DNA of 64,000 bases from Promethearchaeota archaeon. GTDB lineage: Archaea; Asgardarchaeota; Lokiarchaeia; Sigyniarchaeales; SOKP01. A program made the position numbers and the translations under genes. The stretch is taken from assembly GCA_048938025.1 (NCBI GenBank), contig JBHLMP010000002.1, positions 32,001-96,000 of the forward strand. Direction: 5' to 3'. Shown here one piece after another: positions 10,928 to 20,967 of the stretch; positions within the stretch are counted from its first letter, which is position 1, and every line of letters begins with the position of its first letter. The notes under the pieces are model-generated. The model was not told the DNA's origin and did no database searches. It saw nothing but the letters and a program-made list of their open reading frames with translations.

Positions 10928-12652
10928 CTATAAAACTCCCATTGAACCTAATAATTTCGTGGTGTCTGGAGTATCGAAATCTATTTTTACATCTAAAACT
11001 GCTGGTCTACCAGCATTTTTTGCTCGTTCGAAAGCTGGCTTAATTTCATTAGGATCAGTAACTACTTCACCATAACAGCCAAAACCTTCTGCACATTTAG
11101 CATAGTCAAATTCAGGAAGATCAACATCAATATATCGTTTACCCATAAATAATTTCTGACCTGACTTGATCATACCCCATGCATTATTATTTGCTACGAC
11201 ATATATAAGGTTTTTTAAATTTAGCCTAACGGCAGTTTCTAAATCTTGAATATTAATCATAAAAGCACCATCTCCAGCTATAGCCACTACTTGTTTATCT
11301 GGTTTTGCTAATTTTGTTCCAATTCCATAAGGAACTGCAGTACCTAACTGACCCATTCCAACAGCAACGAGTGTTGAAAGTGGTGGACGACTTTTATACC
11401 AATCAACTTGTTCAGCAACAGAAATTGCAATATCTCCACCGTCCATTATAAGGATTGCATCATCATCTATAGATTCTAATATATCTTTAATTAATCTCTT
11501 TGTCATTATAGGAATTTTATCTTTTGACACCTTTTTGTTTATTTTGTTGATTGTATTTTGACGTGTTTGAACAAGTTCCTCTAACCATTCTCTTTTATCT
11601 ACTTTTTCAGACTTTTTAACTTCATTTAGTATTTGATTCAAAAATTGTTTACAATCTCCAACGATACCTAATGTTATTGGTTTTGCACGCCCAATTATTG
11701 ATGGATCAATATCTATTTGTATTAATTTTTGTGTGTTTTTCCAAAATGGTTCTTCTCCATGTCCTAAAGTAAATGAAAATTTACATCCTAGCGCTAATAT
11801 AACATCTGTTTCAGGCGCAATTCTTAGACCTGGACCTGCTATTGCAGTACCAATTAAACACTTTGATTGTTTTGTAATAGTACCGATACCCATAACCGTT
11901 GTAATAACTGGAATTTGCAAGTATTCAGCAAATTCTCGTAGTTCATGCCATGCTTCTGATCTCGAAACACCACCTCCAGATAAAATTAGTGGTTTTTCTG
12001 AATTCAATATTAAATCTAATGCACTTTTTATTTGTTTATCGTTTATCGATGGCTTATCAATACTACGGTATCTTTCTATATCAAAGATTTGGATTTTATC
12101 TTCTTCAATTTCCTCTAAAAAAGCATCTTCAAAAAATTCTAATAACACTGGTTGTGGTCGACCTCCCATAGCTTCTCTAAATGCTTTATGAACTGCATCA
12201 GGAATTTCTTCAACTTTTCTTACACTTTTTTGATATTTTGTTACAGGCTTATACATTGTTATTTGATCGAGATTTCCTTGTAATGTAAAGGAATCTTGGA
12301 ATTTAGAAATTACTTGAGGTACTACTGTGATTACTGGTATATTATCTGCCCAGGCAGCACCTACTCCCGCAATCAAATTTAATGCTCCAGGACCAACTGT
12401 TCCAAAACATATACCGGGAGTATTAGTCACTCTTGCCCATGCATCCGCAGCATGTGCAGCAGCAGCTTCATGTCTAAATAATACAGTTTGAATACCTTGC
12501 TCTCTTCCCCATTTGTATACTGCATCATACATGTTTAAAAACTGACCACCAGGAATGCCAAACATATATTTAACATTTTCTTTTAAGAGACACTTGATTA
12601 AAACATCCCCACCATTAATCAATTTCTTTTCTTCTCCCATTAAATTCACCAT
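10928..12652 (-). CDS. Thiamine-pyrophosphate enzyme, acetolactate synthase / 2-hydroxyacyl-CoA lyase superfamily
   Basis: FGIPGG, RHEAAA, GPGALN and GDGAF...NNNAWG motifs. Confidence 0.88.
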   Translation of the reverse strand: MVNLMGEEKKLINGGDVLIKCLLKENVKYMFGIPGGQFLNMYDAVYKWGREQGIQTVLFRHEAAAAHAADAWARVTNTPGICFGTVGPGALNLIAGVGAAWADNIPVITVVPQVISKFQDSFTLQGNLDQITMYKPVTKYQKSVRKVEEIPDAVHKAFREAMGGRPQPVLLEFFEDAFLEEIEEDKIQIFDIERYRSIDKPSINDKQIKSALDLILNSEKPLILSGGGVSRSEAWHELREFAEYLQIPVITTVMGIGTITKQSKCLIGTAIAGPGLRIAPETDVILALGCKFSFTLGHGEEPFWKNTQKLIQIDIDPSIIGRAKPITLGIVGDCKQFLNQILNEVKKSEKVDKREWLEELVQTRQNTINKINKKVSKDKIPIMTKRLIKDILESIDDDAILIMDGGDIAISVAEQVDWYKSRPPLSTLVAVGMGQLGTAVPYGIGTKLAKPDKQVVAIAGDGAFMINIQDLETAVRLNLKNLIYVVANNNAWGMIKSGQKLFMGKRYIDVDLPEFDYAKCAEGFGCYGEVVTDPNEIKPAFERAKNAGRPAVLDVKIDFDTPDTTKLLGSMGVL

Positions 12653-12758
12653 CTTATAAAATCTAGAATATTGTTGATATTACCTTTATTTTATCTAAAG
12701 ATTTAATGTTAAAAAAATGTTCTAAAAATAACTGCAGTAGTAATCTTTTTTTCTATAT

Positions 12759-13745
12759 TTAATATTTAAAATATTTAAGAGAATTCAAAAAGGGGTTTAA
12801 TGTATCTGGGATTTTTGGAATATTATTATGGTTTAGGTTTAACCTTTCAAGATTTCTGAGGAATCCTATTGATAAAGGAATCTCTTGAATGTTATTATGA
12901 CTTAAATCTAATTTATTAAGTGATTTAAGCTTACTTATTGATTCTGGAATTTTTTGAATGTTGTTTCTTTTTAAAATTAATATCCTTAAATAAGTAAGTC
13001 TAGCAAGTGACTCGGGAATTTTTTGAAGATATATATCATCATAACTGTATTTGCTAATCGAATTGAGATATACATCCAAATATCTCAGCTTTGAAAAAGA
13101 ATCAATAATGTCTTGATTTTCTTTAATAAATTTCCAATTATAATAATTGAAATTTAGAATTTCAACATGCTTATTTTTAATTAAGAGCCAAGGTTCACTG
13201 TCTTTAGAGTCACTTAATTGCTGAAAATTTTTATAGCTATCTGGATCTATCTTATAGTTCGTTTTATTTTGAGCGAATAAAGCTTCAAGATCTAAAAAAA
13301 ATTTTGTTTCTTTTGGCACAATATCCAACATCTCCGAAAAGTCTTTATTCCAATTAGTTAAATTTTGCTCCATTTTTTTAAAACTTTCAACTTCAGAATT
13401 CTCAATCTTATCAAATAATACTCTCAAAACTAAAGGAGATCTATCATTATTAACGACCCATTCTAACAGACCTAACCCTTTATCAGTAAAATTAAGAATA
13501 ATTCCTTTTACTGCTGAAGCTCTTACTATAGCATTCTCATCTGAGACGAGAGAATTTTCAAGAATTTTAAAATTTTCGTTATCTATTACTCCTATGTTAT
13601 TTAATATTTCAATAGATTGCGATCTAATTTGAGCATCATTACTACTTTCAATTAGGGATTTTAAGAGTTCTAAAGCTTTCTCTTTACTTAATTCTCCAGT
13701 CTGTAGAGCATTATTAATTGCTATAGGGGATAAAGGCTTTCTCAT
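12759..13745 (-). CDS. HEAT-repeat plus leucine-rich-repeat protein
   Basis: N-terminal SDENAIVRASA HEAT-like helices. C-terminal LxxLxLxxNxIxxIP repeats (three to four). Confidence 0.85.
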   Translation of the reverse strand: MRKPLSPIAINNALQTGELSKEKALELLKSLIESSNDAQIRSQSIEILNNIGVIDNENFKILENSLVSDENAIVRASAVKGIILNFTDKGLGLLEWVVNNDRSPLVLRVLFDKIENSEVESFKKMEQNLTNWNKDFSEMLDIVPKETKFFLDLEALFAQNKTNYKIDPDSYKNFQQLSDSKDSEPWLLIKNKHVEILNFNYYNWKFIKENQDIIDSFSKLRYLDVYLNSISKYSYDDIYLQKIPESLARLTYLRILILKRNNIQKIPESISKLKSLNKLDLSHNNIQEIPLSIGFLRNLERLNLNHNNIPKIPDTLNPFLNSLKYFKY

Positions 13746-13969
13746 CTATAACTCAATTCTAGAAAAGATATTTTTAATTTTAAAATACAGATTTTAATAA
13801 ATTACTATATCTAATTATGAAAAAATAGGAGATCGTAAAAAAGATTATTTTTTAATTGTTTTAAAGAAAAATGTTAAAATAAAAATTAGAGTTATAACTA
13901 ATATTATTGTATTTATTTCAAATTTAATAATAAATAAAAATCTTAAACTAAAGAATGTGGTGAATAAAA

Positions 13970-15505
13970 ATTCGAACGTATGAACAATATATTGAAGATC
14001 TAAAGAAAATGAAACCTAATATATACATTGGCGACGAAAAAGTTGATCGTAAGGATTCCAGACTTGCAGGAGGCATGCGAATAATGAAAGAAACTTTTGA
14101 TAGAGCTCATGATCCGGAATGGGAGGATTTATGCACAGCAACTTCCCATATTACTGGAAAAAAGATTAATAGATTTACGCATATACATCAAAATGAAGAT
14201 GATCTACTCAAAAAGCAACTTATGACTCGTCGACTCTGTCATCTAACTGGAGGATGCATACAGAGATGTATGGGTATTGATGCGTTGAATGCTCTCTCGG
14301 TCATAACTTATGAACTCGATGAAGCTTTAGGAACAGACCATTATCAAAGATTTTTAAAATATATGGAATATTTTCAAGAAAATGATCTTGTAGCAAGTTG
14401 CGCTCAAACTGATGCAAAGGGAGATCGATTAAAGCGTCCTCATCAACAAGATGATCCGGATCAATATCTTCGTGTAATTGAATCAAGAGAGGATGGTATA
14501 GTTGTTAGGGGTTGTAAGATTAATATTACTAATACACCATATGCAGATGAGTGTGTAGTTGTTCCATGTAGATATATGGGTCCTGAGGATAAGGATTATG
14601 CTGTTGCTTTTGCTTTACCAGCAGATTGGGAAGGGCTCAGACTCTTAACAAGACCTGCATATATTAGAGCACCTAAACATTTAGAAATTCCGCACTCTGC
14701 GCTTGGAGATGCTGAAACATTTATTATTTTTGATGATGTCTTTGTCCCAAAAGAGAGAGTATTTCTTAATGGTCATGGAGATCCTAGACAAACACCTTAC
14801 GCTGGATTTTTAGCACTCATGTTTGCTCACTATCACAGGCACAGTTATACTGGTTGCAAGCCTGCTATGTCAGAGGTCTTAGGAAGTGCTGCAGCATTAG
14901 TTGCGGAATACAATGGTATTGAGAGCACTTCTCATGTGCGAGATAAACTTTCACACATAATTGGTACTGCAGAGTTAGTTTTTGCTGCTGGAGAATCAAG
15001 TGCAAAGCATTCAGAAAAAGCACCTTCAGGAACACAAGTACCTGATGAGGTTTTAACTAATGCTGGAAGGCGGCTTGCAGGGGAAATGATATATGAAGAA
15101 TATAAGATCTTAGCTGATCTTTCTGGAGGTATAATTGCAACATTACCGTTTGAAGATTCCTTCTTCAATGAAGAAGTGGGAGAGCTTGCTATGAAATATT
15201 TAACGAGAAATCCTCGAGTTAAACCAGAAAATATGTACAGATGTTTTAAAGGTATTGAAAATCTTGTAGTATCCGATTTGGCAGGATTAATGCAAGTTGC
15301 AGGGCTTCATGGTGGAGGAAGCCCTCAAATGGAAACTATCACGATGATGATGAGGTACGATGTAGAGAGACTTAAGGATATCGCTAAATATCTCTTTGGA
15401 ATAAAATCTAAATTAAAACCTTATGAAAGACCAACTGTGACTCCACGAAAACAACTTGAAAAGTTTAGAGCAGCAATGTTAAGAAAGAAGGAAGAAAATC
15501 CTTAA
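13970..15505 (+). CDS. abfD: 4-hydroxybutyryl-CoA dehydratase / HpaB-family flavoprotein
   Basis: GCIQRC, AQTDAKGDR, HRHSYTGCK and HGGGSPQ motifs (Cys/His Fe-S ligands). The conserved N-terminus RTYEQYIEDLKK lies upstream of the ATG at 14009, so an ATT start at 13970 is inferred. Confidence 0.8.
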   Translation: MRTYEQYIEDLKKMKPNIYIGDEKVDRKDSRLAGGMRIMKETFDRAHDPEWEDLCTATSHITGKKINRFTHIHQNEDDLLKKQLMTRRLCHLTGGCIQRCMGIDALNALSVITYELDEALGTDHYQRFLKYMEYFQENDLVASCAQTDAKGDRLKRPHQQDDPDQYLRVIESREDGIVVRGCKINITNTPYADECVVVPCRYMGPEDKDYAVAFALPADWEGLRLLTRPAYIRAPKHLEIPHSALGDAETFIIFDDVFVPKERVFLNGHGDPRQTPYAGFLALMFAHYHRHSYTGCKPAMSEVLGSAAALVAEYNGIESTSHVRDKLSHIIGTAELVFAAGESSAKHSEKAPSGTQVPDEVLTNAGRRLAGEMIYEEYKILADLSGGIIATLPFEDSFFNEEVGELAMKYLTRNPRVKPENMYRCFKGIENLVVSDLAGLMQVAGLHGGGSPQMETITMMMRYDVERLKDIAKYLFGIKSKLKPYERPTVTPRKQLEKFRAAMLRKKEENP

Positions 15506-15570
15506 AATCAATTTATTTAATCTTTTTTTTTATTTAAATTATATATTGCATCCTTTGCTAATGAATAGCA

Positions 15571-16533
15571 TTATAAAATACATAATACAAATGATTGACT
15601 TTCAGTAAGTGAATCGAGAGTTATTTTTTTGTCTTTTTTTATGAATTGCTTGATTGGAACACCTTTTTCATAAATTTCTTTAAATTTATCATTAAAAATT
15701 TGATAAATATTCTTATTTCGAGAGATATAAGCCCCAATTAAAATATTAGTGGGGTCAAAACTTGGTTGGATAAGCTCATTATCAGTTAAACTGAAATTAC
15801 TGAAATTCTCATCAGTTATTTTTATATCAAATTTTTTAAATTCTAAATTAAAGTTATCAATATGTTTAGATAAAATCTCGAGTTCTCTGCTCCCCAATAG
15901 TTCCCTTACTACTTCTGAATTGAATATAACCTGTATATCTATATTTTTAATGTTTTCCTTAATTCTTTTGATTCCTGTAGCCATATCATCCTTAATATCG
16001 TTAGGTATCCCTTTAATTTGATATTTTTGAATTAAGGAAATCAATGGATTATCATATCTGATTCCAACTGCAATTTTACATAATTTTGGTGCTAAAAATG
16101 AGTAATATGTTTCAGCAAAATTTTTAATATCATAATTTATAAACTCAACGGGTTCTTGAACAACTTGTTCTTCTAGATTATACTTTTTTATGAATTCCTC
16201 AATTGATGTTTCACATCTATTTTGTCTTTCTAAAAATTGATTTTGAAGTTCTTCAATTCTTTTATGGATTAATTTTTGCCAAAGTGTGAGCACCGGAGTT
16301 GCTAGATGGACTTTCATAGGACGATCATAAGTCTGAACAAGTTCCAAATCATTTAATACCGAACAAATCTTATAGCCTCTTTTTAAGGAGAGATTAAATT
16401 GATTGCATACTTGCTTTAACTCATCAATTCTCTTATTCAGTAATAGATAGTGATAAATCCTCTCTATTCCCTTTTCGATAATGCCAATTGAATCGAATAA
16501 TTGGCTCAGAGTTAAAAATTCGGTATCTTCCAT
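15571..16533 (-). CDS. TrmB-like winged-HTH putative transcriptional regulator
   Basis: N-terminal IYHYLL...GYKICSVLNDLELV...RP pattern, a coiled segment, then an effector-like domain ending FNDKFKEIYEKG. Confidence 0.55.
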   Translation of the reverse strand: MEDTEFLTLSQLFDSIGIIEKGIERIYHYLLLNKRIDELKQVCNQFNLSLKRGYKICSVLNDLELVQTYDRPMKVHLATPVLTLWQKLIHKRIEELQNQFLERQNRCETSIEEFIKKYNLEEQVVQEPVEFINYDIKNFAETYYSFLAPKLCKIAVGIRYDNPLISLIQKYQIKGIPNDIKDDMATGIKRIKENIKNIDIQVIFNSEVVRELLGSRELEILSKHIDNFNLEFKKFDIKITDENFSNFSLTDNELIQPSFDPTNILIGAYISRNKNIYQIFNDKFKEIYEKGVPIKQFIKKDKKITLDSLTESQSFVLCIL

Positions 16534-16537
16534 TTGA

Positions 16538-17068
16538 TCACCTGTTACCTGTTCGTTCTAGAGTTAGTTCAGTCAGAACATTAAAAGATTTTTCAACATT
16601 CAGATTTTCTTTAGCGGAGATTTCAGCAAAACTCGCCATTTTATTTTTTTCAGCAATTTGGATACCATATTCTCTTGGAACTTGACGTTGGGTATTTTCA
16701 AGATCTGTTTTCGAACCAACTAACATAATAGGGATAGGACCACCTTTTTGTCTCACAATTGTAATCCATTCAGAGATATTATCTAATGTGGATGGTCTTG
16801 TAATATCATATAAGAGAAATGCAGCATTTGCACCAAGACAATAGGTTGGTAAAAGGAATCGAAACCTTTCTTCACCCCCCACATCCCAAATTTGGAGCTT
16901 TACCTTTTTACCCATAAGATCAATTGTTTTTACATGGAAATCCACTCCAATAGTTAACCGCTCCGAGGGATTAAAAATATTATAACAATACCTCTTGGTA
17001 AAGGAAGTCTTTCCAACGCTAGCATCTCCTAACAAAAGAATTTTAAAAGTATAATCATAATTTGAAAT
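16538..17068 (-). CDS. Rab-like small GTPase
   Basis: YDYTFKILLLGDASVGKT, TIGVDF, WDVGGEERF, GSKTD and EISAK motifs. Frame extends upstream of 17035 with no ATG/GTG, so an ATT start at 17068 is inferred. Confidence 0.9.
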   Translation of the reverse strand: MSNYDYTFKILLLGDASVGKTSFTKRYCYNIFNPSERLTIGVDFHVKTIDLMGKKVKLQIWDVGGEERFRFLLPTYCLGANAAFLLYDITRPSTLDNISEWITIVRQKGGPIPIMLVGSKTDLENTQRQVPREYGIQIAEKNKMASFAEISAKENLNVEKSFNVLTELTLERTGNR

Positions 17069-17377
17069 TTTAATACACCCAAGTTATAAATTGGTTATAA
17101 TTTTTGATAAAATTTAATTTTCTATTAATTTCACTAAAATTCTGTTTTTGTTAAATTGATAATTCAATTAATATATTTTTATGTTATTATACCACACTTG
17201 TATATCTTTAATAAATTGCACATTTTTAAATATAGTTTGAAAAATTTTTGTACAGATTTTTAGCACATAAATTGTTTTAGATCTCAATTTAAAAAAATTT
17301 TCACTATAGATAAGATTTTATTATTATTATGTAAAATCTTATAATCTTAAATTAAAATAAAGTAAAAAAAAATAATT

Positions 17378-17947
17378 TCAGAATTTTTTAAAAATATTTT
17401 TCACTTTTTCTTTGATTACTGGATTTGATTCTTTTTCAAAGTAATTTTTTAGTTCCCTATAAACTAAGGGATTTTTTATTAGATTATGTGTATCTAAGAA
17501 TTTTGTAGCTGCCCATCGAACGGAATCATCTGGATCATTCAATAAAGGCAATATAAAATTAAGATACTTTAAATCACCTATTTTTGCTATTCTAAGTATT
17601 GTTCTTGCCCTAGTATTAAAATCAGGGTGATATAAATAGGGAACTAAAATATCCTCAATTATTTCATTTTTTATGAAATCGATAATGAAATTAAAAATAT
17701 CGAGTTTAAAGTTATGAATTTTATTCGTTTCTTCGATATATGATTCAATAACAGATTCGGCTCTCTTTCCTATTTTTAAGAGACTTTCAAATGATATAAA
17801 AAAATGGTCTGATAAATCTGGTGTATCCAATTTCAAGTTATTAATCAATCTTCTTATAATTTTGTCGTCTACTTTCGAGATTTCTATTACATCCCAATTT
17901 ACATTTTCTGATTCATCCCAGATTTTATTATTCCTTAAATAACTCAC
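17378..17947 (-). CDS. HEAT-repeat (PBS-lyase-like) protein
   Basis: LLNDPDDSVRWAA and ESNPVIKE repeats. The ORF-track N-terminus is AT-rich and probably noncoding, so the GTG at 17947 is preferred (start uncertain). Confidence 0.7.
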   Translation of the reverse strand: MSYLRNNKIWDESENVNWDVIEISKVDDKIIRRLINNLKLDTPDLSDHFFISFESLLKIGKRAESVIESYIEETNKIHNFKLDIFNFIIDFIKNEIIEDILVPYLYHPDFNTRARTILRIAKIGDLKYLNFILPLLNDPDDSVRWAATKFLDTHNLIKNPLVYRELKNYFEKESNPVIKEKVKNIFKKF

Positions 17948-18355
17948 CGTATCTACTTTAATAATTTTTAAGTTAATTACAAAAAAAAATAGGTGAAGTA
18001 CTTTAATTAATTTATTATTAAAATAAAAATAAAAAGCGAACAATATAATAAATTTGCAAGGAATTAACCTTAGTCGATTAATAATAAAATTAATTGATTA
18101 ATAATAAGATAAATTTTGATATATGTTAATTACCTGTTAATTAAATTGCTTACATTGTTATACAAAATATCTTGTTTTTGTTTATTAGAAATTTTTGGTA
18201 AAGTGATTATCTAGTCAATTTCAATTGATAGAGTAGAATCTGAACCATTCAAGATTCTTTTATGAGCTACTGTCCTAATATCTTAAAAGAATTTTTATTT
18301 ATGAAAAAATTATTCATTTTATAATTTATTCCATATATAAAAAGGTTAGAATTAA

Positions 18356-19804
18356 TTGAATGATTTATTTTCGGAAATTGATGACATCTTCCATTCAAGG
18401 TCTCTGGCAATTTATGGTGTGAGTAGAAAAGGTGGTTTAGGAAATATTTTATTACAGGGATTTATTGATCAAGAATTTCCTAAAATATTTATCGTTAATC
18501 CTAAAATAACGGAACCTAATGTTACAATATTGGGAATACCTGTTTTCTCAGATTTGAAATCCATTGGAGAGCCTGTAGATTTGGTTATATGTTCCACTCA
18601 TCCTAAATTTGTTCGAGATATTATTATTGAATGTGGTCAATACGATGTAAAAGCAGTGATAATTTTTTCAGCTGGATTTGGCGAAAAAAATGAAGAAGGT
18701 AAAAAAGCTGAAGAAGAATTATTAAAAATTGCTCGAAAATATCAAATGAGATTAATTGGACCGAATTGTATGGGATTATATTGTCCCAAATCAGGACTTT
18801 CGTTCTTTCCAGCCTTACCAAAAGAATCAGGGACGTTAGGGGTTATTAGCCAAAGCGGTTCAATCGCTAATATCATGGCTTTTAGTTCAATGTTGAAAGG
18901 AATTCATTTTTCCAAATCCATAAGCTATGGCAATGGCATTGATTTAGACTTCAATGACTTTTTAGAATATTTGGGAGATGATCCTGATACTAATCTACTA
19001 GCATGTTACATAGAAGGAGTTAATGATGGAAGAAGATTCATTGAATTAGTACAAAAAATAAAAAAACCTATGATCATTTGGAAGGCTGGAGTCACTCCTG
19101 CTGGATCAAAAGCAGCTCATTCGCACACAGGATCCCTAAGTGGAAAAGATAAACTATGGAATAATGTATTTGACCAATATGGTGTGATCAGGGTATATAA
19201 TTTGGAAGAAATGATTAGTATGATTCAAGCATTCATCAATCCTATGCCATTAAGAAATTGTCGAGTTGCGATTATATCAGGACCAGGAGGACCTGCCGTA
19301 TCATCAGCCGATGCATGTGAGATGAATAATTTAAAATTGGCAGAACTGACCAATGAATCAAAATTGAAACTCCAAGAATATATCCCTGAATTTGGGTCAA
19401 GTATGTCAAACCCTATTGATTTAAGTCTTCAAGCAACATTTGATCCAATATTGGAAAAAAAAGCGTATGAAATCGTTGGAATGGATCCTAATGTTGATAT
19501 GATTCTAATTTATTTAACGATGTTAAATCCTCGTTATAAGGATTTAATAAAGTTACAAGAAAAAATTTCTAAACCAATTGCTATCGTATCTGCCATAGAT
19601 GTAAATGTTTCAGCAGATTCTTTCAGCAATATTGTTAAACGATCATTTATACATATAAGAGCAAAAAAGGTTCCTAATATAATAAAAAATATGAATCAGA
19701 ACGGGATTTCAGTACATCCGAACGAAAATCTAGCCGCTAAGGCGTTATATAACATTTATCAGTTTTATAACAAAACTAAGAAATCGATTGTTTTAAAACA
19801 ATAG
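18356..19804 (+). CDS. NDP-forming acyl-CoA synthetase alpha-subunit-like (CoA-binding) protein
   Basis: SAGFGE, GPNCMG, SQSG, YIEG, SHTGSL (phospho-His) and NPIDL motifs. No ATP-grasp domain. Confidence 0.88.
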   Translation: MNDLFSEIDDIFHSRSLAIYGVSRKGGLGNILLQGFIDQEFPKIFIVNPKITEPNVTILGIPVFSDLKSIGEPVDLVICSTHPKFVRDIIIECGQYDVKAVIIFSAGFGEKNEEGKKAEEELLKIARKYQMRLIGPNCMGLYCPKSGLSFFPALPKESGTLGVISQSGSIANIMAFSSMLKGIHFSKSISYGNGIDLDFNDFLEYLGDDPDTNLLACYIEGVNDGRRFIELVQKIKKPMIIWKAGVTPAGSKAAHSHTGSLSGKDKLWNNVFDQYGVIRVYNLEEMISMIQAFINPMPLRNCRVAIISGPGGPAVSSADACEMNNLKLAELTNESKLKLQEYIPEFGSSMSNPIDLSLQATFDPILEKKAYEIVGMDPNVDMILIYLTMLNPRYKDLIKLQEKISKPIAIVSAIDVNVSADSFSNIVKRSFIHIRAKKVPNIIKNMNQNGISVHPNENLAAKALYNIYQFYNKTKKSIVLKQ

Positions 19805-19891
19805 AAAAGACTTTGATATTACCAAGATTCGGATCTTTTAAATTTATACAAATCAAAAAACAATGATTAAATGGAAATAAAAGAAGAAAAG

Positions 19892-20749
19892 TTAATTTTG
19901 CTTTATAAAGATATCATTTTGATATTCCTGAAAAGCTATCCTTAATTCTTCTTCAGTATTCATAACAATGGGTCCACGCCAAGCCACTGGCTCTCCAATT
20001 GGCTTTCCAGAGATTAAAAGAAATCGAACTTTTTCATTTCCAGTACTGATTTTTACCTCATCACCATCTTTGTAAATAACAAGATTTTCTACGCCTATTA
20101 ATTTGTCTCGATCCTGATCAAAATAACCTTTTCCTTCTATAATGTAAGCAAAGACATTATGTCCTCTTTTTACTGGATGAGAAAATTCATAATTAGGATT
20201 TATAGTGATATCTAGATATTCAGGTTCCGTAATAATATCTTGAACGGGTCCTGTTGTACCGTTCACTTTACCACTAATTATTTTAATTTTCACAGTGCCC
20301 TCGTTAAGAGATATTTCAGGGATCTCATCCCTTTTAACGTCTCGATAACGAGGATTCATCATTTTATGAGACGCAGGAAGATTCGCCCATAGCTGAAGTC
20401 CCCAAATTAGAGGATTTTTACCTTTTTTAGGCATTTCTTGATGAATGATTCCACTACCAGCAGTCATCCACTGAACATCCCCTGATTCTATAACCCCACC
20501 ATTTCCTAAGCTGTCGCCATGCTCAACTTTGCCGTGAAGCATATATGTTATGGTTTCTATACCTCGATGAGGATGCCAAGGGAAACCTGCTATATAATCA
20601 TTGGGATTATCGGAATGAAAATCATCTAAAAGTAGAAAAGGATCTAATGAAGAATCAATATAACCAAATGCACGCTTTAAACGAACTCCAGCACCTTCCA
20701 TTGTAGGTCTACTTTTTAATGTTAATTTAACTTTTCGAACAATACTCAT
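19892..20749 (-). CDS. Pirin family protein
   Basis: EGAGV, DPFLLLDDF, HPHRGIETITY, QWMTAGSGIIHQE and GPIVMNT motifs. Confidence 0.95.
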   Translation of the reverse strand: MSIVRKVKLTLKSRPTMEGAGVRLKRAFGYIDSSLDPFLLLDDFHSDNPNDYIAGFPWHPHRGIETITYMLHGKVEHGDSLGNGGVIESGDVQWMTAGSGIIHQEMPKKGKNPLIWGLQLWANLPASHKMMNPRYRDVKRDEIPEISLNEGTVKIKIISGKVNGTTGPVQDIITEPEYLDITINPNYEFSHPVKRGHNVFAYIIEGKGYFDQDRDKLIGVENLVIYKDGDEVKISTGNEKVRFLLISGKPIGEPVAWRGPIVMNTEEELRIAFQEYQNDIFIKQN

Positions 20750-20967
20750 ATTTTATCACTTTATAATTGTAAAAAAAAATATTTTTGTCTTAAAAACCTC
20801 TATAGGTTCTAAGATGGTAAATATTTGATTACAAACTTAAATATTTTCTTTATAACCAATAAATTTGTTATATTTTTGCTTATTAGACTTAACATAAAAA
20901 TATCCAAACCTAATATCATAATAGTTTAATAAATGCACTTATTTTATAATAGAAATTATTATTTTCA

